Shown in pieces: positions 40,628-50,443 of a DNA stretch of 64,000 bases. Origin of the DNA: a virus; the IMG/VR virus record IMGVR_UViG_3300017917_002759, positions 1 through 64,000 of that record. One strand, 5' to 3'. Position 1 is the first letter of the stretch. Every line of letters begins with the position of its first letter. The notes under the pieces were generated by a model. It saw only the letters and a program-made list of their open reading frames with translations, was not told where the DNA came from and did not search any database. The position numbers and the translations under genes are program-made.

Positions 40628-41370
40628 TATTTAAGAAAAAACCAAAATTTAAATTTTATTCGAGCGTTCCGGGTGTAGTTGAGCAATATCCTATTTTATC
40701 AACAAAGGAAGTTCGACACTTATGGATTAAAAAAGCTTTAGAAATTTATAAAAAAAGAACATCAAATTTATCATCTTATGGTCCTCAATGTGTCAGTGCT
40801 GCAAAATGTCCAGGAATAAAAGATTTAGGAAATTTAGGTTGGACTGTAACTACTTGGTTTGACTTAATTATTGAAACTAACGGAAAAAATCAATTTGCAT
40901 GGAAAGTACCTGCAACATTTCCGCAGAGCCTGCAACAAATAACTAATTATGTAAAAGAACCTATAAAAGTTATAGACCTAACTCATTTAGAAAATCAAGT
41001 TCCAGTTCCGCCGTACAGCTTAGATTTGTTAGTTAAAATTTCAATGCCGTGGAGCGTGGAAATTCCTAAAGGTTGGAATTTATTAATGGTTCCTATTAAT
41101 TACTCCGATGATACGAGATTTCAATGCTCTAGCGGAATTTTACGATCTGGAAATTTTGTAGAAGTTAATCCTCAGATATTTTGGAACGTATTATATGGAC
41201 AAGAATTAATAAAAGCAGGAACACCTCTTTGTCAATTAATTCCTATACCTGATCAATCTTTTGATATTGAACATCACTGTCTGAACATAACAGAAGAAGA
41301 AACGGCTCGAAAGAATAGTTTCTATTTTAGAAAAGGATGTACATTTTTAAGGAATCCAAATGTTGTTTAA
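40624..41370 (+). CDS. Unknown protein, DUF6065/dUTPase-fold-like, paralogue B
   Basis: Same motifs; a 37-nt block (41213-41249) is identical to 40482-40518. Confidence 0.55.
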   Translation: MIFKKKPKFKFYSSVPGVVEQYPILSTKEVRHLWIKKALEIYKKRTSNLSSYGPQCVSAAKCPGIKDLGNLGWTVTTWFDLIIETNGKNQFAWKVPATFPQSLQQITNYVKEPIKVIDLTHLENQVPVPPYSLDLLVKISMPWSVEIPKGWNLLMVPINYSDDTRFQCSSGILRSGNFVEVNPQIFWNVLYGQELIKAGTPLCQLIPIPDQSFDIEHHCLNITEEETARKNSFYFRKGCTFLRNPNVV

Positions 41371-42097
41371 AAAAGAAAAAATTGAATTTTATTCAACAAA
41401 TGTAAATTCGTTATATTCTTTTCCGATCGAACCAGCCTCTAAAATAAAATTTAGTTGGTTAGAAAGGATGCGTACAACTCTCAAAAATAATCCTAAATAT
41501 CAGTATCATCATACTTCCAAATGTCCGGGAATATTTACACCTTATAAGTATGGATTTGTACTGAGAACTTGGTATGATTTCAAAGTTATCACAAATGGAG
41601 ATTTAATGAATATCGAATTTCCTAATAACGATATATTTTTGAATACCAACGAAGGAATAAGTCATCACGATCCGGATTGGCTTGTAAATTTTTTCGACAA
41701 TCAAACGATTGAAGGTAAAAAATGTCATCAAAGTACAGTTAAAATTAGCACTAGCTGGCATGTTCATTTACCTAAGGGATGGTTATTATTGCAAACTAAT
41801 ATACCCTACAACGAAGAAAATCGATTCACACCTGCAACTGGAATATATGATCCAACAGTTAATAATCAAATAACAGTACCTTTATTTTGGCATGAATTAA
41901 AATCGGAAACCCTTGTAGCAGCAGGTACACCATTATGTTATCTGCTACCGATAAAAATAGGTGAGTTTGATTACGAAGTTCGAGAATCGACTCGAAGAGA
42001 AGACCAGTGGATGATTTTTAATCTAAGAAGAAATAATACTTTTTTAAGAAACTACGATTTAATGTCTCGAGTTTCTAAGAAATTTTTTCAAAAATAG
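41360..42097 (+). CDS. Unknown protein, DUF6065/dUTPase-fold-like, paralogue C
   Basis: KCPGI, W.D, PKGWLL, RF...TGI, AGTPLCYLLPI. Confidence 0.55.
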   Translation: MLFKKEKIEFYSTNVNSLYSFPIEPASKIKFSWLERMRTTLKNNPKYQYHHTSKCPGIFTPYKYGFVLRTWYDFKVITNGDLMNIEFPNNDIFLNTNEGISHHDPDWLVNFFDNQTIEGKKCHQSTVKISTSWHVHLPKGWLLLQTNIPYNEENRFTPATGIYDPTVNNQITVPLFWHELKSETLVAAGTPLCYLLPIKIGEFDYEVRESTRREDQWMIFNLRRNNTFLRNYDLMSRVSKKFFQK

Positions 42098-42670
42098 TTA
42101 CTGAAAACTATCTCCGTGTATCCATCCTACTATGCAATATCGAATTCCTTTAGTAACCTCAGTTACTCTATGAATTAGATATGACGGAAAAATTACAATA
42201 CTTCCTTTCCTAACACTAGTATATTCAGAAAAAGACGGAATAAACTCTAGAGTCCCGCCTTCAAATTCGTTAGGATCAGATAGTAGAATAGAAAAACTTA
42301 ATTTTCTAGTAGATATATTTGTAGGACCAAAATCATTGTGCCAATCATAGTGCGATTTTTCTGCATCAGTATATCTAAACATTAACGGGGGGTCGTAGTC
42401 CTCAAATCCTTTAATGTTAAAATTGTAGAATTTTTTATTAGCATCAAAAACTTTTTCTAAAATTTTTGATGTAACAAGTTTAGGAAGTTCTTTCATCGCG
42501 ATTTCAACCACTCGTATATCGTCCGTCTTACCAGTAATTTTAGAACCTATTGTTTTTCCGCTGACCCACTTATCGTCTAATATTTTTATCAGTGTGTCAC
42601 ACTCTTGAGTAGAAAACATATTTCCAACAATGATTAAATTTAGAAATTCGTTTTGTTTATTTTTATTCAT
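42098..42670 (-). CDS. 2OG-Fe(II) oxygenase (prolyl-hydroxylase/PKHD-like)
   Basis: HYDWHND (HxD), RKLSFSILLSDP.EFEGG, FPSYLIHRV..VTKG.RY; likely start MNKNKQ at 42670. Confidence 0.9.
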   Translation of the reverse strand: MNKNKQNEFLNLIIVGNMFSTQECDTLIKILDDKWVSGKTIGSKITGKTDDIRVVEIAMKELPKLVTSKILEKVFDANKKFYNFNIKGFEDYDPPLMFRYTDAEKSHYDWHNDFGPTNISTRKLSFSILLSDPNEFEGGTLEFIPSFSEYTSVRKGSIVIFPSYLIHRVTEVTKGIRYCIVGWIHGDSFQ

Positions 42671-43205
42671 TATGATGAAGTCTATTAACAATTTGATCGT
42701 GTGCGTGATTAGCATAAGGACCATTTTTTCTAACATAATGAAAAAATGCTTGCGTCTGCCAATTTTGATGAATCATTTGATCTCTCCAATGCTCAATAGC
42801 ACACCCTCGGTATATACAAGCATCGCCACGATTTAATATTATCTGAAAATCTTGATCATTGCTTCTTGCCCAAAACGACCACGGTGACAGTGCATAATCT
42901 AGAGTAATTGTAAAACTGATTTCACAAGATTCTCTATCCACATGTCTTTTTAAAATTTCTCCCCATTTATAAATTCTAGAATAATTATATGTTGGGATCA
43001 ATTCCTCTCCCACTTCGTCTTCTACTTTTTTATGACACAACGCTTGTATATCATTAAAAATTCCGTAAAAAGAAATGCTTTTTTTACATTGTACATCGTT
43101 GTAGTTTATGTTCGCTCCAGTTTGTTCAGACAAAAACATTCTCTGAGACATCGATCGACATATATCGTCTTTTATGAATTTTTTTGAAATAATAAAATCT
43201 TTCAT
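42663..43205 (-). CDS. 2OG-Fe(II) oxygenase-like protein
   Basis: YSRIY..G..L.RHVDR.SCEIS.T..L, GDA.IY.GC..EHWR, QAFFHYV. Confidence 0.85.
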   Translation of the reverse strand: MKDFIISKKFIKDDICRSMSQRMFLSEQTGANINYNDVQCKKSISFYGIFNDIQALCHKKVEDEVGEELIPTYNYSRIYKWGEILKRHVDRESCEISFTITLDYALSPWSFWARSNDQDFQIILNRGDACIYRGCAIEHWRDQMIHQNWQTQAFFHYVRKNGPYANHAHDQIVNRLHHNE

Positions 43206-43206
43206 C

Positions 43207-44850
43207 TTAATTTACAATTTTTCCTATTTCTGGAAACCACACATAATCAAGATGAGAATTTTTTAAAGTTTCAATTGCTTCTGCAGGCTCTTCTATAAGC
43301 GGTTTTCCTGCTAAATTAAAACTAGTATTAAGTAAAACACCGAAACCTGATATTTTTTTAAACTCAGTTAGCAACTCATAGATATGACCATCCTTGCTTG
43401 TAACTGTTTGAATTCTACATGTATTATCTGCATGAATTACTCCTGAAATTTTGTTCCTTGCATCGGGCTTTACTGGAAAGCTCATAGTCATAAATGGACA
43501 GCTTGTAATGTGCCCCATTTCAAAAAATAAAGGAGCATCCTCTTCTAACACCATGGCAGCAAATGGTCGATACCATTCTCTGTTTTTAATTTTATTAACG
43601 ATATCTTTTGCATCGGGGTGTGCTGGATTAAAAATAATCGATCTATTACCCAATGCTCGCGGACCGCTTTCTGCTAGTCCGTTATATATTCCAACGCTTT
43701 TGTAATTATATAAAAGTTTAGCAATGTCTGATACATTACACGATTCTCCCTCAATTCCTTCAAGAGAATATTTTTTTCCATGCACAAACGTATGCTGTAT
43801 TGGTTTGATTACTGGATCCTGCGATTCGTTCCGATAAACATACATAGCTCCTCCTAAACTGTTACCAGAATCATCTGCTAATGGTTCAAAGTAAAATTCA
43901 ACATCCGGAAATTGAGTAGTATAGTAGTGATTTGCTACAATATTTAATCCATAGCCGCCGGTTATGCATATCTTCTTCAGGCCTGTTTTTTCTATAGCTT
44001 TTTTTATCAAATGACAAACAGCTTCCTGTGACTGAACTTGAACTTGGTAAGCATAGTCTGCAAAAAATTGATAATTTTCTTTTGTTATATTTTTTCTAGA
44101 ATGCACTTGTAATTCTTTATTAATAGCATACCACGATCCAGGAACTTCTGAACGGTCAAATAATAAATCGTTAGGAATATTTCCTGATAAAAATAATTTT
44201 GGAGCATTTGGATTAGGTCTCCCGTATGATGCTAATCCCATAGTTTTTCCGTTTTCTAATACGCTCTGCTGGATTAGGGATGTTGCTGTTTCATAAACAG
44301 AAACTATACCGTACATGCTCTTGCATTGATGTTCGCACTTAGGATTTTTTTCGTATTGTTTTTGCATCCATCTATGTGTTTCGGCATTATATACATCAAA
44401 CCAAAAATTCTTATATATTTCATGAAAATAACAAGGATAACTTGCTTTAAAAATAGTTTCACATTCTCTAATATTATCATTTGCGTAAATCGATCCACTT
44501 CGATCAACAACAATAATTGCAGCTTCTTCAAACCCGCTATTATAAAAAGCTAATGCAGCATGTTGAAGATGGTGTGTTTTAGAAAGATCAACAATAGCCT
44601 TCAACCCAGTTTTTTTCTGTAGATAAAATAGCCAGGTCATTAGTGCCGGATGATCCGGGGCTGGTGCTCCTATAACGGCGTGATCTATAGGTCCTTTGGC
44701 TTCGGCTATTGCTCTATCAACTGATGCAAAAGGCTCGGCATCTCTTTTCCATTTGGTCAGCCGTTCCTCTTTATAAAAAAGTTCTACTTCTCCGTCGTTG
44801 ATGATACCAACCGAAGAATCGTGTAATGGACTGACACCTAATACTCTCAT
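43207..44850 (-). CDS. O-carbamoyltransferase (NodU/CmcH/TobZ family)
   Basis: HDSS, EERL..KRD, HH..HA, GKTMGLASYG, GG..LN..AN, D.GN..G.A, E.GPRALGNRSI, K.REW.RPFA, H.D.T.R.QTV, LNTSFN..G.P. Confidence 0.93.
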   Translation of the reverse strand: MRVLGVSPLHDSSVGIINDGEVELFYKEERLTKWKRDAEPFASVDRAIAEAKGPIDHAVIGAPAPDHPALMTWLFYLQKKTGLKAIVDLSKTHHLQHAALAFYNSGFEEAAIIVVDRSGSIYANDNIRECETIFKASYPCYFHEIYKNFWFDVYNAETHRWMQKQYEKNPKCEHQCKSMYGIVSVYETATSLIQQSVLENGKTMGLASYGRPNPNAPKLFLSGNIPNDLLFDRSEVPGSWYAINKELQVHSRKNITKENYQFFADYAYQVQVQSQEAVCHLIKKAIEKTGLKKICITGGYGLNIVANHYYTTQFPDVEFYFEPLADDSGNSLGGAMYVYRNESQDPVIKPIQHTFVHGKKYSLEGIEGESCNVSDIAKLLYNYKSVGIYNGLAESGPRALGNRSIIFNPAHPDAKDIVNKIKNREWYRPFAAMVLEEDAPLFFEMGHITSCPFMTMSFPVKPDARNKISGVIHADNTCRIQTVTSKDGHIYELLTEFKKISGFGVLLNTSFNLAGKPLIEEPAEAIETLKNSHLDYVWFPEIGKIVN

Positions 44851-44853
44851 TTT

Positions 44854-46440
44854 TTAATCCTCAAAATAATAATTGGTTTTTAGAAAATCATATAAGGTTT
44901 GTTCTTGGTTAGCAGCTTCCTCCCAGCGCGATTTTCTTCTTTCAAATTCTTTAAACATTTGATCGTATTTAATTTTATGATCAGTTAAATCTTGTGTTTG
45001 AAATATTTTTTCAGTAATATCGTCAAATACAAAATAGTTCATTCCTGCCGCCACCCAATTAATTCCCGATGTATCCGGCAAAGAATAATCATACATTTTA
45101 CTTTGCGATAATGTATTAAATCCGCCAATTAATTGATTAGGAACTATAAATTTTAGATATTCTCTTTGAGAATTTTCCTTCCAATAATTAGTATCGTCTC
45201 TAATACTCAACGCATAATGCAAAGAAATAAATTCTGCAAACGACCTAAACATATTATAGGTTGTTTTATTATATACATCTCGATCCCATTGGGTTATTGA
45301 GTTTTTTGATATTGTTTTTAATAATTTGAACAAAAATTCATGGACACTGTATAGGCCGTTAGATTCTAAAGGCTCTAAAAACCCTGCACTTAGTCCTATA
45401 GCAACTACATTTTTTACAAATGTTCGTTCATGAATCCCTACACGCATCGTTACATCTTTAAATTTTAAATTATCTATTTCTTCTTTTGATCTAGGAATTA
45501 ACATTTTGTTCGACATGAGATAATTTTTAAATTCTTCAAGTGCATTATCTGGATCTATATGTTTATCTGAATAAACATATCCAGTCCCTAATCTGCTCCA
45601 TAGCGGAGTATTCCACACCCATCCATGCCCTATTGCGGTACAATGTGTAAATGGTTCGATTTCTTTCGGCTTATCTTTATAAGGAACTTGGCATGCCCAA
45701 GCTCGGTTATTAATTAAAATATCTTCAAAAGATTTAAATGGTTCTTTTAAAGTTTGTCCTATTAATAAACTTCTAAACCCGGTACAATCGATATAAAGAT
45801 CTGAAACAACAGTGTCACCGGTGTCTAAAATTAATTCTTTTATTCCGTAGTCGTCTGTTTTTATATCAGTAACAGTGGCTGGTATTAATTTAACACCCCG
45901 AGGCAGACAATATTTTAATTTTAACCAAGCTCCGAATTTAGTAGCATCAAAATGATATGCTACATCATTCTTTGGGGTAAAATTATCAAAGTTTTTTTTA
46001 GAATTTAAACTAAACTTGTTGTTTCGAAATAGTGCTGCTGAAGGAAAATAACAATCTACAAAATCTTGATTTGGAGTTTCCGGGTACAGTGCTTTTTTAA
46101 TTAACCAGTCTTGAGTAGATTTTGAAACATTGTTTAAAACCGGCGCACCGAAAGGGTAATGAAACGATCCAGAATCCTTTTCGTAAAAATCAGTAAATTT
46201 AATGCTCATTTTAAGAGTAGCATCTGTATATTTTATAAAATCTTTTTCATCTATATCAAGATAATGACAAAAAGTTTTAATTGCACCTAAGGTACTTTCC
46301 CCAACACCTATAATAGGAATGTTTGGACTTTCTATCACAGTAATTTCTTTTTCTGGAAAAGATTTTACAAATGCAGCGGCCGACATCCAGCCCGCACTTC
46401 CTCCACCGACGATTGTGATAGTGTTAATTTTTTTAATCAT
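44854..46440 (-). CDS. Flavin-dependent (tryptophan-type) halogenase
   Basis: GGGSAGW, GVGEST, catalytic-Lys region ATLKMSIKF, AYHFDA, DCTGF, WVWNTPL, F.EPLES. Confidence 0.9.
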   Translation of the reverse strand: MIKKINTITIVGGGSAGWMSAAAFVKSFPEKEITVIESPNIPIIGVGESTLGAIKTFCHYLDIDEKDFIKYTDATLKMSIKFTDFYEKDSGSFHYPFGAPVLNNVSKSTQDWLIKKALYPETPNQDFVDCYFPSAALFRNNKFSLNSKKNFDNFTPKNDVAYHFDATKFGAWLKLKYCLPRGVKLIPATVTDIKTDDYGIKELILDTGDTVVSDLYIDCTGFRSLLIGQTLKEPFKSFEDILINNRAWACQVPYKDKPKEIEPFTHCTAIGHGWVWNTPLWSRLGTGYVYSDKHIDPDNALEEFKNYLMSNKMLIPRSKEEIDNLKFKDVTMRVGIHERTFVKNVVAIGLSAGFLEPLESNGLYSVHEFLFKLLKTISKNSITQWDRDVYNKTTYNMFRSFAEFISLHYALSIRDDTNYWKENSQREYLKFIVPNQLIGGFNTLSQSKMYDYSLPDTSGINWVAAGMNYFVFDDITEKIFQTQDLTDHKIKYDQMFKEFERRKSRWEEAANQEQTLYDFLKTNYYFED

Positions 46441-47951
46441 TTGGCACCTAATATTGATAAAAATTTTCTATGATCAAATACTGATTTTGCACTATCATAA
46501 ACTGTTGAAAGATATTTTTTAAAATAAATGTTCCACTCTGATTGTAGTTGCTTATCTTCGAATGATTTCTTATAAACAGAGGGCTCGAGCTCTCCATTGC
46601 CTCCTAACACGTAAAGCCAATTTGCTTGCCCAAAAATTTTAAAAAGTGATTGATCATCGTTATCGATTGGTCGTTGTTTCCATAAATTGATTGTCTTTTT
46701 TAGATTATCTGGAGCATTCTCCCAAGTGAATTTTTTCCAAAATTCAGTATCGTCTCGGTGAGTCACATAATGAGAATATAAAAATTCCATAATGTGTGTA
46801 TTCATAGAAACTATTTTTTCATTATAGCTATCTATAACGTCTTGATTTAAATCTTCTGATAAAGTTAAACTATTTTTTAATAGTTCGAGACTTCTTATTG
46901 ACATCATTATCGATGTAGCTTCTAAAGGTTCGGTAAAACCGCTCGACAATCCGATAGCCACACAGTTATTGATCCATGTTTTTTCGTAGCACCCAGCCTT
47001 AAATTTAAATGTTTTTACTGGTTCAATTTTTTGTTTCAACACTGATTCAATTTCTTCTTGAGCCTCTTTCTCGTTGATATATGAACTATCGAAAATATAA
47101 CCGCAACCCGTTCTATGCTGAAGGGGAATTTTCCACATCCAACCATGTTTCATTGCTAAGGCAGTAGTATAAGGTTCAACATCATTTTTACTCGGTAAGA
47201 AAAATGCTAGAGCAGTATCAACCGGGAGAAACTTATTATAATTAATCCAGGGAGAATTGAATTTTTTTCCGATAATTAGTCTTTGGAAACCTGTGCAATC
47301 AAAAATAAAATCTAAATCTAATAATTTATCATCTTCTAAAACTAGAGATTTTATTTTTTTATTTTGATCAAAAACAATATCTTTTATGTTAGATTCTATT
47401 CGATTTATATTTCTATCTTTTGCAATTTTTTTAAGATATTCTGCTAATAATCTAGCATCAAAATGTAGAGCAAAGGTTCCCACTTCTTTTAAATTATTTG
47501 CCGAATCGACGAAAAACGGAACTTTATTTTTTTCACTATATACACAATAAGTTGTAGTTCTTCCTGGATTGATTTCGTTAGCTAACATACCATGTGTTAA
47601 AAATGATCCTTGTACATTAAAGAACCTAGTTCCGTAATTGCATTCATTAAGGTGAGGATTAGATACCGCAAATGGATGATAATAATATTCATTATCACCG
47701 TTCCAATTTTCAAATTTTATTGATATTTTTAAACTACCATTGGTTTCTTTGATTACAGATTTATAATCAATATCTAATTGTTCAAAAAAATCAATAATAT
47801 TAGGTGTAGTTCCCTCACCAGCACCTAATATGCCAATATCACTGCTTTCTACTACAGTAATATTGGCATTAGGAAATAATTTTCTTGAAAAAAGAGCGGT
47901 AAGCCAACCAGCAGTACCGCCACCTGCGATAATAATATTTTTGGTATCCAT
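46437..47951 (-). CDS. Flavin-dependent (tryptophan-type) halogenase
   Basis: GGGTAGW, GAGEGT, GSLKISIKF, ALHFDA, DCTGF, WMWKIPL, FTEPLEAT; TATAAATA ends 6 nt before the ATG. Confidence 0.9.
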   Translation of the reverse strand: MDTKNIIIAGGGTAGWLTALFSRKLFPNANITVVESSDIGILGAGEGTTPNIIDFFEQLDIDYKSVIKETNGSLKISIKFENWNGDNEYYYHPFAVSNPHLNECNYGTRFFNVQGSFLTHGMLANEINPGRTTTYCVYSEKNKVPFFVDSANNLKEVGTFALHFDARLLAEYLKKIAKDRNINRIESNIKDIVFDQNKKIKSLVLEDDKLLDLDFIFDCTGFQRLIIGKKFNSPWINYNKFLPVDTALAFFLPSKNDVEPYTTALAMKHGWMWKIPLQHRTGCGYIFDSSYINEKEAQEEIESVLKQKIEPVKTFKFKAGCYEKTWINNCVAIGLSSGFTEPLEATSIMMSIRSLELLKNSLTLSEDLNQDVIDSYNEKIVSMNTHIMEFLYSHYVTHRDDTEFWKKFTWENAPDNLKKTINLWKQRPIDNDDQSLFKIFGQANWLYVLGGNGELEPSVYKKSFEDKQLQSEWNIYFKKYLSTVYDSAKSVFDHRKFLSILGAK

Positions 47952-47989
47952 TAAGGATATTTATAGAGAAGATTTTTAAGAAATTCTAG

Positions 47990-49546
47990 TTATGATTTTG
48001 TAATTTCATACACAAACCCACTTCTAAAGGGCTGCTGCAGATATCTATTTTCTGCCGATTGGAGACTTGATAAATCAGTAAATCCGCCACCACTGTTTGT
48101 TAATCTATTTTGTACCGCTGAATTAGTAAGCCAAGTATTAGTTTTATCTAGATTATAATCAGGTCTAGATTCTAACATACAAGCAACGACCCCTGCAACT
48201 TGTGGCGAAGCCATAGAAGTCCCGCCAATCTTAGTGCTCTTAAAATCAGTATTAGCAGGATAATCTACTGATCCTGAATTTGTTTCGATATTAGAACCTT
48301 CAGGTATAGCACTGATAATATTTTCTCCAGGAGCAAACACAGTAATTCGAGGACCTGTATTACTGAATAAACTTTTTGCTTCTGTTGTCGCAGCTCTTAT
48401 TGAACCGACACATGCGACTCCCGGTACTGCTGACGGAGTAGATCCTTGGTGATAAAATACTTGTCCCACCCCGGTTTTGTTATAAAAATTATTAAAATCT
48501 TGTCCAGTCGGCACATCGATTTTGTGTGCTTCGTTGCCGGCAGCGCCTATCAAAATTACGCCGTCGTCAATACAATCTTCAATATCTGCATCTACAGAAG
48601 AAACTCGAACAGGATGTATATAAGTAAATGGAGCAGATGATCCTTGCCTATTGTAAATTGTTTGGATCATGCCGTATGCAGAGATCATGGTTGTACCGGA
48701 CCAAGGTGTTCCGCGATACTCTCCTCCGCTGATATTGGTATAAGTTGTAAAATATTCCCAACTCATATTAACTACAGTCGGTCTTCTATACCCAGTTTCT
48801 GCAATAATAGGTTTTAAATTATGCCACGCTCTAATCATGTTAAAACTAGCTGATACACCAAATGCCGCAGGATTGTCTATAATAGTAATCGCATAAATGT
48901 TGGCTCTTTTAGCCCAACCGTACAATCTGCCAGCAGCAGTTCCAGCCACGTGGGTTCCATGACCGTCTGGATCAGTATAATGATTAGGGTCTTGAGTGTA
49001 TGTTCCTGTTAGGCCGCTAATACTAGGCCAATTGACTTGTTGAAATCTACTGGCTGTACCAGCTAAATTTAACCATTCCGGATGATTAAGAAGAATTCCG
49101 CTATCTTGTATAACAATATCAACACCGTTGCCTGTTAATGTGTAACCGTGATTATAATTTAACGTGCCCGATGTTGCAAAAAAATTATCTGGGAATGAAC
49201 AGGCAGGGATGGCCCAGTTATAATGATTAGAATTTAGATCCGGTTCTTTTGAATAAGTCCTTGCCTCCTCTATAATGCTAGGCCTAATAAAAATACCATT
49301 TTCTATCTTAGTACCAAATCTTACATCGACTATTCTCGGATCATTTTTTAATAATATTGCTTCCTCTAACGTTAAGACAAAATCAACGTTTCGTTTGCTG
49401 TCAATTTTTTCATTATATAATTCTACTTGACGGTTTGGCATCCACTGATTATGATTTGTACCGCTGACCATATCTTCGATAAATGCATCAACATCGACTC
49501 CTTTTTTTAACGTTACAACTGCTTTATTTTGATCTTCTGTACTCAT
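47990..49546 (-). CDS. Subtilisin-family (S8) serine protease with N-terminal propeptide-like region
   Basis: Catalytic triad motifs IQDSG, GHGTHVAG and GTSMASP; oxyanion motif AAGN. Confidence 0.92.
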   Translation of the reverse strand: MSTEDQNKAVVTLKKGVDVDAFIEDMVSGTNHNQWMPNRQVELYNEKIDSKRNVDFVLTLEEAILLKNDPRIVDVRFGTKIENGIFIRPSIIEEARTYSKEPDLNSNHYNWAIPACSFPDNFFATSGTLNYNHGYTLTGNGVDIVIQDSGILLNHPEWLNLAGTASRFQQVNWPSISGLTGTYTQDPNHYTDPDGHGTHVAGTAAGRLYGWAKRANIYAITIIDNPAAFGVSASFNMIRAWHNLKPIIAETGYRRPTVVNMSWEYFTTYTNISGGEYRGTPWSGTTMISAYGMIQTIYNRQGSSAPFTYIHPVRVSSVDADIEDCIDDGVILIGAAGNEAHKIDVPTGQDFNNFYNKTGVGQVFYHQGSTPSAVPGVACVGSIRAATTEAKSLFSNTGPRITVFAPGENIISAIPEGSNIETNSGSVDYPANTDFKSTKIGGTSMASPQVAGVVACMLESRPDYNLDKTNTWLTNSAVQNRLTNSGGGFTDLSSLQSAENRYLQQPFRSGFVYEITKS

Positions 49547-49548
49547 TT

Positions 49549-50442
49549 TTAACCTCTATATAACTGTATATAATCTATGTGAAAATTGTCTCCGGACGAA
49601 GTCCCAAAGTCGAATCTTAATCCGGTGATGGTATTATCAACCCAATCAGTGCCGCCGGCAAATAATGTTTCCATATTAACTGTGATTATTTGAAAGTTTC
49701 CGTCCCAGGTGGGTTCAGTCATTAATGCTTTAAAACTTTCCGAAAATTGATTTCTACCCTGTCTTGTAAAATATAAACTTCCGTCCCAGCCAGTTCCAGA
49801 TAATCTTCTCAATCTGATATCTATTCTATTATAGTTTCTACCGTCGAAACTGACCTGTGCAGTTCTTTGAATAGAAGGATCGGTAGCAGTAGAATTAGTT
49901 AAAATAACACCTGTAGCATTTATTTGGACATAATCGACATCAATGTCCCAACCAAAATAATTCCCATCGCTAGGAAAATCCAAGAAATTACCGGCACCAC
50001 CTATTAATCTTTTTGTAACAACAGTAAAAGTATTTAACGGTAATTCGCTATCAGAAATAGTTGTTCCAGTACCGTCACCATAGTCTATGAATAAACTACC
50101 CGTGCCCGCCCTTCTTCTTAACCTGGCAGTAACGATTACTTCTCTAGTATCATAATTTGTTAAATTACTAAACCTCATTAAAGAATTTCCAAATGTTTGA
50201 AACTGCCAACGATATGTTCCGTCAAAGTTATTTGTATCATTAACATTGTTAAAAACATCAGTGGCACTGTTACCCTCTAGTTGTGCTCCGGTGACTGCCG
50301 ATAACAGTGTAATTGTGGCATTAGTTCCTGTAAAACTTTCTGTACCCGAATCGAATGCATAGACAATGGGAGTTATTGTAGGTATAGTAACAACGCCATT
50401 AACTGCATAAATGCGATTAGGTAGTAAAGTAATTGCTGGCAT
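49549..50442 (-). CDS. Beta-sandwich (carbohydrate-binding-like) virion protein
   Basis: Two jelly-roll-like segments ending IDVDYVQI and FHIDYIQL; W...ITGLRFD; lies in a fibre operon. Confidence 0.55.
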   Translation of the reverse strand: MPAITLLPNRIYAVNGVVTIPTITPIVYAFDSGTESFTGTNATITLLSAVTGAQLEGNSATDVFNNVNDTNNFDGTYRWQFQTFGNSLMRFSNLTNYDTREVIVTARLRRRAGTGSLFIDYGDGTGTTISDSELPLNTFTVVTKRLIGGAGNFLDFPSDGNYFGWDIDVDYVQINATGVILTNSTATDPSIQRTAQVSFDGRNYNRIDIRLRRLSGTGWDGSLYFTRQGRNQFSESFKALMTEPTWDGNFQIITVNMETLFAGGTDWVDNTITGLRFDFGTSSGDNFHIDYIQLYRG

Positions 50443-50443
50443 A

